DNA of 22,941 nucleotides from Candidatus Parcubacteria bacterium (GTDB lineage Bacteria; Patescibacteriota; Patescibacteriia; Patescibacteriales; BM507): NCBI GenBank assembly GCA_002869265.1, contig PKTH01000019.1, positions 1 to 22,941 of the forward strand, read 5' to 3'. Shown piece by piece: positions 16,903 to 22,941 of this stretch (position 1 is its first letter; each line of letters starts with the position of its first letter). The notes under the pieces were generated by a model. It saw only the letters and a program-made list of their open reading frames with translations, ran no database searches and was not told where the DNA came from. The position numbers and the translations under genes were made by a program.

Positions 16903-18315
16903 TTATAGGCTTTGAATTATTTTTTTTGTTTCGAAATATTCTATAGGTACTAATTCCACATTTTCAAGTGATTCTCTTTCTTCTGAATTTTTTGGCAATT
17001 CTTCAATTCTTTTATCAACCCATTTTTTAGCCTTACTGATGTCAGTATATGGGACTCTAATTTGTTTGATGTTAGAGTTTGCAATATTATTTTTTGTTCT
17101 TCTTTCACAAATGCCTCCAGTTGTAAAAGTATTCAAATCTTCTTTTGGTAAATTATTTCCATCATAAATTAAAACTACTCTAAATTGATCTTCAAGCAAC
17201 TCTTTGTCATTATCTGTTGTATTTTTATCATACCACTCCTTTTTTTGCTTTAGAATTGGAATAGTATTTTTTATGTAGTTTACAAAATTTTCGTCTTTAA
17301 TATCATTTAATATTTCATTTTTATCAAGCAATTCTTGAAGCTCACTGGATATTTTTTTATAATCAAAGTTGTATTTTGTTTTATTATATAAGTTTTTTAT
17401 TCTTTCTAAGTATTTTTTTTCTAATTCTTCCTTGGATAAACCCTGCATCTCTTCAGACTCTGATAGTTTTGTAATTTTTTTTCTTAAATCATCTTCAATA
17501 TATTTTTGCTCTTCCTTTGTTAACTCTGGGGCTTCTCCAAAGATCATTTTAACGGCCTCTTCTCCTTGGGAGGTGTAGTCCTCTATGATATCTTTTCTGT
17601 CTAACAATAAGTGAGATGAGTCTTCATTCATAGCGGCATAAAGATTACTAACAAATTCAGATTGTTTATATCCACCAATAGCGAAGGAAGTTCCACTATG
17701 AGCAGTATTAGTTACCCCCTTTTCGCCACCAAAGGCGTTCTCTCCAGAATTAAGGCCACCACTTTTTAATATTTTACTTAATGCAAAAGAACCAGTTCCA
17801 TGATAAATCGGTATTTCTGCATCAAACTCTTTTTCTCTAGAATAATATTCAAGAGCATGATTTAATATTTCTATTTTTTCTCCAGTTTCATCATTCTGCT
17901 TTATTGCCTCCATTGCTTTTTCAATCTGCTCATCCGCATTTTCTCCAAGCTCTAAGTTGTTATAAAGAGTTAATTTCTCTTTTTCGTTTTTTAGAGAATC
18001 AAATCTTTCGTTATCAGTTTTTGCTGAATCAATTACATCATTAACTAGCCTGCTGTATATTTCTTCTTTTGAAGTATCACTTAAAGGTAAGCCATCAAGC
18101 TCTGCTATTTGTTTTTGGTATTCAACTTCCTGGATAGCTCTTTTTTCTTCTATTTCTTCTTTGGAGATGTTTGAGACATTAAAACTTTTTAGCTTGTTAT
18201 TAATTTCTTCAATCTTTTGACTTCTTTTTTCTGAAATAGTTTTATCATTATTTGTATTACTGTTCATTTCAATGAAGATTTCTTGGTTACTTTTTTGTCC
18301 TTCTGGATTAGTCAT
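16903..18315 (-). CDS. Glu/Lys-rich hypothetical protein (470 aa) with a possible ADP-ribosyltransferase-like core
   Basis: Long ORF with a central IPIYHGTGSFALSKILKSGGL ... GTSFAIGGYKQSEFVSNLY segment resembling the HGT/HGS NAD-binding motif of DT/ExoA/PARP-type ADP-ribosyltransferases. No signal peptide. Confidence 0.55.
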   Translation of the reverse strand: MTNPEGQKSNQEIFIEMNSNTNNDKTISEKRSQKIEEINNKLKSFNVSNISKEEIEEKRAIQEVEYQKQIAELDGLPLSDTSKEEIYSRLVNDVIDSAKTDNERFDSLKNEKEKLTLYNNLELGENADEQIEKAMEAIKQNDETGEKIEILNHALEYYSREKEFDAEIPIYHGTGSFALSKILKSGGLNSGENAFGGEKGVTNTAHSGTSFAIGGYKQSEFVSNLYAAMNEDSSHLLLDRKDIIEDYTSQGEEAVKMIFGEAPELTKEEQKYIEDDLRKKITKLSESEEMQGLSKEELEKKYLERIKNLYNKTKYNFDYKKISSELQELLDKNEILNDIKDENFVNYIKNTIPILKQKKEWYDKNTTDNDKELLEDQFRVVLIYDGNNLPKEDLNTFTTGGICERRTKNNIANSNIKQIRVPYTDISKAKKWVDKRIEELPKNSEERESLENVELVPIEYFETKKIIQSL

Positions 18316-18351
18316 AAATTATAATCGGTTTATATTTATTGATATATCTAT

Positions 18352-18442
18352 TTTAACACAAAAACACCCCTAAGATTAGAGGTGTTCCTTTATGGGCGGC
18401 CAATCGAAAAACTTGGCAAATTATTTTGATGAATATTGCTAA
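18352..18442. repeat. Repeat copy B: hairpin AACACCCCTAAGATTAGAGGTGTT plus mini-ORF MGGQSKNLANYFDEYC
   Basis: Direct-orientation copy of repeat A, 32 nt upstream of the 470-aa gene start. The mini-ORF differs from A's mostly by synonymous or conservative codon changes. Confidence 0.6.
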
Positions 18443-18463
18443 GTAATTACTGTAGCTAGTATT

Positions 18464-19372
18464 TTGTGTCTTTCCAGACTATTTCAAATATTTGTTTTAG
18501 CGATGATGCTATGTCTGGATTTTCAATGCGGATTGCTTGTAGATATCGATGTGTCTATAGATGGAACGAAAGAGGCTCATGAAAAACAACGCGGACCCGG
18601 AACATATAGGATAGCGATTGATGGAGCTCGAGCATTATATGAAGTAGCTAGTCATATTTCTATTACAATCACAGCTTCAAAGCTAAATTACAAAGAAATA
18701 GCCAGGGATATTCAGAAATTGGCAAAAGAAATGCCCTTTGTAAAAAGTTTCAATCTGGCGACGACCTCACCTGCGAATTACCAAGAAGAGAGGATGACTT
18801 TAAATGAAAATGAGATGAAAGAGTTGTTTAGTAGTTTGGTTAAGTATTCCAAAGGGCATCCAGTGCGCTTGGTTATTTATCTAAACAAAGACATGGAAGT
18901 GATAATGCCAGAACTAAAAAAACATGCTCAAGCAACAATGAAGTTCATTAACATTGAATGGAAAATAAACAACTTAACAATTGCCTTCTTCCCACCAAGC
19001 ATAGCTTGTGTTGAGGAATACGCCCTAGATGCAAACGGTATGTATGTCCTACCTTATGGCCTTGATCATTATCTCGAATTAAGACCTGACGATTGGCAGA
19101 TGAATAATGATTTAATAGTATCTAATCCAAAAGAGGCATATAGGCAATTGTCAGAAAAGTATTTTATCAAAATGGGTGAGAGAGAGCTGGAGAAAGAAAA
19201 ATATTTAAGAATTATTTCTACTAATCTTTCATATCGGGAAGTAAGTCCCAGATTAAATCAAATATTGATTTTAGAGTATTGTAAATTTCGGCTCCTTCAA
19301 TCAGTAGCGCTATTTCTTCCTTGGCTGATATTAATGCGACATGTTTTTTGCCATAGAGATTTATCTCTATAG
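18464..19372 (+). pseudogene. Radical-SAM-like ORF lacking the N-terminal CxxxCxxC region (truncated remnant or divergent), TTG start
   Basis: VDIDVSIDGTKEAHEKQRGPGTYRIAIDGARAL resembles the distal half of radical-SAM TIM barrels (anSME-like: isiDGpkeiHDkqR). There is no Cys triad. The 3' ~150 nt run antisense through the TrmB gene. Confidence 0.35.
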
Positions 19373-19994
19373 AAAATGGATATTTTTTTGGACTTATTAG
19401 TTTTGATTGTCTCAGCTGTTTGATGTTTCTGGGGACGTAGTTTTCACGGATAGAATCAGTGGCGGGGAGTAGCGCTCGATAGGATATGTTTTTCTTTACC
19501 CTTCTGCTTAAGCAGCTTTCTGCCCACTCATCTCCGAGCACTTTAACAACATCATCACCTGCAAAGCCGATAATCTCACCAGTAAAAGAAAGAGTGTTAG
19601 TGTAGGCTTGCTTTAAACCATCTTTGCCCTCAAGAAAACGAATCTTTGGTTTCTCGCCCTTAACATTATAGATAGATTGAAGTTCTGGGAGCATATCCAT
19701 AAGAATAGACTCTTTTTCTTTCAGTGATATTTGTAGTTTTTTGGGATCTTCAGCAGTAAAAAGTGTTTTTTTATCCTTGAGAGTTTTACTGATTAGCCCT
19801 TCGTTGATTAAATCCACTACAATATCATAGCAAGTAGTCCTTTTTACTCTAGATTTTCTAGATATATCTATAATAGAGGCACTTCCAAGCTCAAGAGAGG
19901 CAAGATATATATCTGCTTTTTTGCCTGATAAACCAAATTGTTCCAGTGTTTTTTTAATAGTCATAATATTGATGTCGATAATTATCGTCAACAT
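19221..19994 (-). CDS. TrmB-family transcriptional regulator
   Basis: N-terminal winged helix MTIKKTLEQFGLSGKKADIYLASLELGSASIIDISRKSRVKRTTCYDIVVDLINEGLIS is typical of TrmB; the C-terminal half looks like an effector domain. An alternative start lies at 19964. Confidence 0.7.
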   Translation of the reverse strand: MLTIIIDINIMTIKKTLEQFGLSGKKADIYLASLELGSASIIDISRKSRVKRTTCYDIVVDLINEGLISKTLKDKKTLFTAEDPKKLQISLKEKESILMDMLPELQSIYNVKGEKPKIRFLEGKDGLKQAYTNTLSFTGEIIGFAGDDVVKVLGDEWAESCLSRRVKKNISYRALLPATDSIRENYVPRNIKQLRQSKLISPKKYPFSIEINLYGKKHVALISAKEEIALLIEGAEIYNTLKSIFDLIWDLLPDMKD

Positions 19995-20105
19995 TTATAT
20001 TATATCATATATAAATATATTGTCAATAATATGCTAAAATAAGCTAAAATATAAAATTAACTTATTTTAATATATTATTGAAGTAATAATATTTGACGTA
20101 TATTA

Positions 20106-20134
20106 TTGACATAATTAGAATACCGTGATATAGT
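20106..20134 (+). promoter_or_regulatory. Sigma70-like promoter TTGACA-N17-TATAGT
   Basis: TTGACA at 20106-20111, 17-nt spacer, TATAGT at 20129-20134. It lies upstream of the first gene of the small-ORF array. Confidence 0.45.
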
Positions 20135-20198
20135 GATATATCAAGTTAAGAACAACTTGTCGATCTTTAAAACAAAACACACTCAAAGGAGATGCATC

Positions 20199-20624
20199 AT
20201 GAAGAAAATTGAAAACTTAATTTCCGAATTAAACGCCCTTAACGTAGAAATCGATGTGCTTAACGGGAAAGTCAAGACTATTCAAGAGAAAGGAAGTACA
20301 GAAGTAGTTAATCTTTTTAATGAAAATCCAGAAGTGATTATTATTCTTGGATCAGAGTATGAGAACGAGGGATACAATACTGAAAAGATTGTAAATAACC
20401 CGAAGGTAAAACTTTTCCGCTATGCTCTTCAAAAAGAACTTGGTGAAGAGCTTCCAGGGGGCAGCTTCATAAAATTACTAGGTTTCTGTAGTGGGTGTTA
20501 CGATGAAGAGTATTGTGGGGCTATTGAGCTGGCCAAAGCTCTCGCTCAATCTGGTCATTATGTACTTCTTTCCGATCGGAGACGTGAAACACTCTATTCT
20601 TCATTCGGAGAGTGGAAAATATAA
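20199..20624 (+). CDS. Hypothetical protein (142 aa) with a CxxC...C cluster
   Basis: AAGGAG ribosome-binding site 8 nt before the MKKIENL ATG, so the track's 20133 start is rejected. Motif LGFCSGCYDEEYCG. Confidence 0.55.
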   Translation: MKKIENLISELNALNVEIDVLNGKVKTIQEKGSTEVVNLFNENPEVIIILGSEYENEGYNTEKIVNNPKVKLFRYALQKELGEELPGGSFIKLLGFCSGCYDEEYCGAIELAKALAQSGHYVLLSDRRRETLYSSFGEWKI

Positions 20625-20626
20625 TT

Positions 20627-20726
20627 GGTGATAATTTATCACCGGGGAAGAGGAATTTAACCCTCTTCCCTCTCTTATAAAGATTATTTGTAAAAACAGT
20701 CTTTTAGGAGAAATGTTCTTTAAATA
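20627..20726 (+). promoter_or_regulatory. Conserved intergenic module, copy 1 (two hairpins plus the CCTCTCTTATAAAGATTATTT and TTTTAGGAGAA...GTTCTTTAAA motifs)
   Basis: Hairpins GGTGATAA-TT-TATCACC and GGGGAAGAGG-AATTTAA-CCCTCTTCCC lie directly after the upstream stop codon. The rest aligns with copies 2-4. Confidence 0.55.
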
Positions 20727-20752
20727 TAAAACTTAAACAAAGGAGAAATATC

Positions 20753-20935
20753 ATGAAAAAGTTTATTATTTCAGCTATGTTCTGTATTCTTCCCATTACT
20801 ACCATTATTGGTTGGTATCTAATGTGTGGAGGTGATCACGCTTTACTCGGTCTTCGTATAATGTTGTACGGAGCGCTCCCCAGCGGAGTGGCAGTAGTTC
20901 TGAATAACCCTGAAGTTTTTAGAAAAAGGAGGTAG
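20753..20935 (+). CDS. Small hydrophobic protein (60 aa)
   Basis: AAAGGAG ribosome-binding site. MKKFIISAMFCILPITTIIGWYLMCGG... has two hydrophobic segments. Confidence 0.5.
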   Translation: MKKFIISAMFCILPITTIIGWYLMCGGDHALLGLRIMLYGALPSGVAVVLNNPEVFRKRR

Positions 20936-20939
20936 TTTT

Positions 20940-21027
20940 GGTAAGAGGGTGACGAAGGGAATTCTCTTACCTCTCTTATAAAGATTATTTATATTAAATA
21001 GTTTTTTAGGGGAAGAGTTCTTTAAAT
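20940..21027 (+). promoter_or_regulatory. Conserved intergenic module, copy 2
   Basis: GGTAAGAG-(16-nt loop GGTGACGAAGGGAATT)-CTCTTACC hairpin, then TCTCTTATAAAGATTATTT, then AGTTTTTTAGGGGAAGAGTTCTTTAAA. Confidence 0.55.
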
Positions 21028-21229
21028 GTTTTTTGTCTTCTGTTTATAGTTCATACGGTGAATTATAAACAGGGGGAAAGGGTTATGTCCTCTATATGGC
21101 TGTCGATCACTATGATAGTGAGTGAGAAATTAAAGAACTGACAGCAAACACTGTGCCACAACATAGTGTAACCATGGGAGTTAACAGACCCCAGTAAAAG
21201 TTAGGTTTGTGGCCTAACATCTGTTGTAA

Positions 21230-21315
21230 GGTAAGAGAGTGACATAAGGTACTCTCTTACCTCTCTTATAGAGAATACTAATAGTTAGTAGTTTCTTTGG
21301 AGAAGTTCTTTAAAA
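21230..21315 (+). promoter_or_regulatory. Conserved intergenic module, copy 3
   Basis: GGTAAGAGAG-(loop TGACATAAGGTA)-CTCTCTTACC hairpin, then TCTCTTATAGAGAATACT, then AGTTTCTTTGGAGAAGTTCTTTAAAA. It is preceded by another hairpin, GTTAGG-TTTGTGG-CCTAAC, at 21200-21218. Confidence 0.55.
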
Positions 21316-21329
21316 CTTATGGAGGGGTT

Positions 21330-21521
21330 ATGAATATAATTATTTCAACATCATCGCTTTCAATTCAAGAAGGTATTGATAATCTAGATTCATTTGTTGA
21401 GTCTGTGAAATTATCAAATCCTCAATCTGACTTTTCAGAAAAAATAGTTAGGGGATCATTTTTCTCCGATGCTGTTTTTAAGTCAGATAGAGGAACCTTT
21501 CTACTAATCAGAAGAATCTAA
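21330..21521 (+). CDS. Small hypothetical protein (63 aa)
   Basis: GGAGGGG ribosome-binding site 6 nt before the MNIIISTSS ATG, so the track's 21297 start is rejected. Confidence 0.4.
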   Translation: MNIIISTSSLSIQEGIDNLDSFVESVKLSNPQSDFSEKIVRGSFFSDAVFKSDRGTFLLIRRI

Positions 21522-21536
21522 CCCAATGGAGGTAAT

Positions 21537-21959
21537 ATGAAAAAAGTAATTTTGGTTGTAGAGGACAAGGAAGAAGAACAGATTTTGGCCAGGAAGGCAG
21601 TTGCAGATTCTGGCCATGGGATTATTCTTTGTGCAAATCTATTTGATGCAAAGAGTATGATTGGTTCATATTCAAGCAAGCTGTCAGGGATTGTAGCTGA
21701 TCTTCATTTTCCAGAAAGGAGTCAAGACACAAATCTTAATAAACCGGCTGGTCTTGCCATTCTAACTTTAGCCGTTAGTGAGAATATTCCTGTGGTAGTT
21801 TGTTCTGATATGGATAATCATCAATCTGATTATGTGAAAGATGTTATTCGGTATTTAGGAAAGCATACCAGCTATGGAGGTATTCCATTTAGCGTCGACA
21901 GAAAAGATTGGCTACAATCAGTAAAACAACTCAATGCCATAATGGCGAAAGGAGAATAA
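21537..21959 (+). CDS. Stand-alone CheY-like receiver (REC) domain protein, atypical
   Basis: KKVILVVEDKEEE (beta-1 acidic pocket as E/D), GIVADLHFPE (phospho-acceptor Asp position), VVVCSD (Thr/Ser position), YLGKHT (Lys position). GGAGG ribosome-binding site. Confidence 0.5.
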   Translation: MKKVILVVEDKEEEQILARKAVADSGHGIILCANLFDAKSMIGSYSSKLSGIVADLHFPERSQDTNLNKPAGLAILTLAVSENIPVVVCSDMDNHQSDYVKDVIRYLGKHTSYGGIPFSVDRKDWLQSVKQLNAIMAKGE

Positions 21960-21960
21960 A

Positions 21961-22272
21961 ATGCGAAAAATGTTGATAATTTCTGATAGTGTCTTTGGCA
22001 AGGTCTTGGCGGCGATTATTGAGAAGGATGGTTTTGATGTAATCTTATCTAGCCATGAAGACTCGGTATTCGCAGTCGCTTCAGAAAATCCCTCTCACAT
22101 TTTTATATGTGAATGTGGTAAATGTGAAGCTGGAGAAAAGACACCAATTAATATTGGCATGTCAGTTTCCGGTCAAACTATTTATCGTTGTGGATTTTCA
22201 GATGACAACGGAGGCGATTATCTTAAACTACCCCTTAATCTGGACAATCTTAAGTCCAAGATAAAAAAATAA
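21961..22272 (+). CDS. Degenerate receiver-like (pseudo-REC) domain protein
   Basis: MLIISDSVFGKVL ... HIFICECG has the REC beta-alpha pattern, but the phospho-acceptor Asp is replaced (ICE). AAGGAG ribosome-binding site. Translationally coupled to the preceding REC gene (1-nt gap). Confidence 0.4.
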   Translation: MRKMLIISDSVFGKVLAAIIEKDGFDVILSSHEDSVFAVASENPSHIFICECGKCEAGEKTPINIGMSVSGQTIYRCGFSDDNGGDYLKLPLNLDNLKSKIKK

Positions 22273-22357
22273 GGCAAGAGAGATGCAAAGTCATTTTTCT
22301 TGCCTCTCTTGTAAAGATTATTTTTTAAAATAGTTTTTTAGGAGAAGTTCTTTAAAT
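22273..22357 (+). promoter_or_regulatory. Conserved intergenic module, copy 4
   Basis: GGCAAGAGA-(loop GATGCAAAGTCATT)-TTTCTTGCC hairpin starting 1 nt after the stop codon, then TCTCTTGTAAAGATTATTTT, then AGTTTTTTAGGAGAAGTTCTTTAAAT. Confidence 0.55.
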
Positions 22358-22378
22358 AACACACACAGCGAGGATGCC

Positions 22379-22720
22379 ATGACAAAAGACAATTTAAAAA
22401 AAGTAGTAGAAAAATCAAAGAAAATGATTGCCAATGGTGAGTATAGAGACCCTGGATTTGAAAAGCTAGCTAGGGCGGTTGTCGAGTTGGTTGAGGGTTC
22501 GGACTTCGGAGAAAAAAACTCTGAAGCAACATTGACTCTGGAATCCTCTGCCAGCAACTGGGTTGAAGAAACATTGGATGATTCTTTTGACGGGGTTTGT
22601 GTTCAATTGCTAGAAATATCATCTGATTGTTTAGGTGATTTTGGAACACTATTTGTTGTTCCATATTCTAGTGGATTGTCAAAAAAATCAGCAATGATTA
22701 GATTCAAGGTTTGTGAGTAG
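22379..22720 (+). CDS. Acidic hypothetical protein (113 aa)
   Basis: GAGGA ribosome-binding site. No recognisable domain. Confidence 0.5.
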   Translation: MTKDNLKKVVEKSKKMIANGEYRDPGFEKLARAVVELVEGSDFGEKNSEATLTLESSASNWVEETLDDSFDGVCVQLLEISSDCLGDFGTLFVVPYSSGLSKKSAMIRFKVCE

Positions 22721-22891
22721 TTAGTAAAAGTCGTTTGTGTGTTCGACTATAAAAAGAACACTCCTTGGGTTTGGAGGTCAATTCCTGGATAGTTCATTTA
22801 ATGTCAATTTTATAAAAGATAAGTATCAAAACTTGTCTTTTTTTATTGGAAAATTTGACTGGCAAACCCCATTTGAGGTTTTATACAAAAG

Positions 22892-22920
22892 AAAAAACGA
22901 GCCTGAAAGCTCGTCTTTTC
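22892..22920. terminator. Intrinsic terminator (possibly bidirectional)
   Basis: ACGAGC-CTGAAA-GCTCGT hairpin followed by CTTTTC, and preceded by an A-run. Confidence 0.45.
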
Positions 22921-22941
22921 ACCTATGGGTGACTGAAGGGA

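Noticed and set aside
20133-20198. Track start of the 163-aa ORF at 20133
   Set aside because: This ATG lies inside the -10 of the predicted promoter and has no ribosome-binding site. The internal MKKIENL ATG at 20199 has a canonical AAGGAG at -8.
20700-21335. Conserved upstream ORF behind the AGGAG in the module motif
   Set aside because: ATG positions and frames differ between copies (MFFKYKT, MFFVFCL, MEGL), and copy 4 has none. It is not a conserved leader peptide.
20627-22304. Integron-like attC interpretation of the post-gene hairpins in the small-ORF array
   Set aside because: The hairpins lack the RYYYAAC / GTTRRRY core sites, and no integrase is present. The conserved sequence continues downstream as a leader or promoter-like motif, which attC sites do not have.
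22760-22800. Possible tRNA T-arm-like GGAGGTCAATTCCTGG
   Set aside because: The flanking stem halves are not complementary, and no acceptor or anticodon arms can be built.
1-22941. CRISPR arrays, IS elements or prophage genes
   Set aside because: No regularly spaced repeats with unique spacers, and no transposase, integrase or phage structural motifs, were seen on either strand. The only repeat families are the two intergenic modules reported above and a coding (SCGG)n repeat.

Overview
Low-GC (about one-third GC) bacterial chromosome segment, mostly housekeeping and metal-homeostasis genes, with an unusual block of small genes near the 3' end. All calls come from reading the sequence and translated ORFs by eye; no database search was run.

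Gene content, left to right:
- A minus-strand SPFH/band-7 gene (950-2092) followed by a 4-TM membrane-protein gene that runs off the 5' edge of the window.
- A CorC/HlyC-type CNNM+CBS transporter (2811-3785).
- A 730-bp convergent gap (3786-4519) that contains a GC-enriched, hairpin-rich stretch (4040-4480) that may be an ncRNA.
- The ychF-rlmN operon (minus strand, 4520-6622) and a class I SAM methyltransferase (6729-7925).
- A copper-homeostasis locus on the minus strand (9192-13521): csoR-copZ, then a CsoR-type operator/promoter, then a gene for an HMA + UreH/DsbD_2-like permease fusion, then copA.
- A PurF-like amidophosphoribosyltransferase (13767-15170) whose GC content looks higher than its neighbours.
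- A DUF4242-like metal-binding protein (15863-16114) and a cupredoxin lipoprotein (16269-16712).
- A 470-aa E/K-rich protein (16903-18315) bracketed by two ~75-nt direct repeats. The protein carries a YHGT...SKILKSGG motif that resembles the NAD-binding core of H-Y-E ADP-ribosyltransferases.
- A TTG-initiated, N-terminally truncated radical-SAM-like ORF (18464-19372) that converges into a TrmB-family regulator gene (19221-19994).

Most notable region, 20.6-22.4 kb: a same-strand array of unrelated small ORFs plus two degenerate receiver-domain proteins. Four of the gene junctions in this array carry a conserved ~90-nt module. Each module is a hairpin with compensatory stem changes, followed by CCTCTCTTATAAAGATTATTT, then by TAGTTTTTTAGGAGAAGTTCTTTAAA. 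This looks like a previously unannotated cis-regulatory RNA or operator regulon.

No rRNA, tRNA, CRISPR array, transposase or integrase was recognised.
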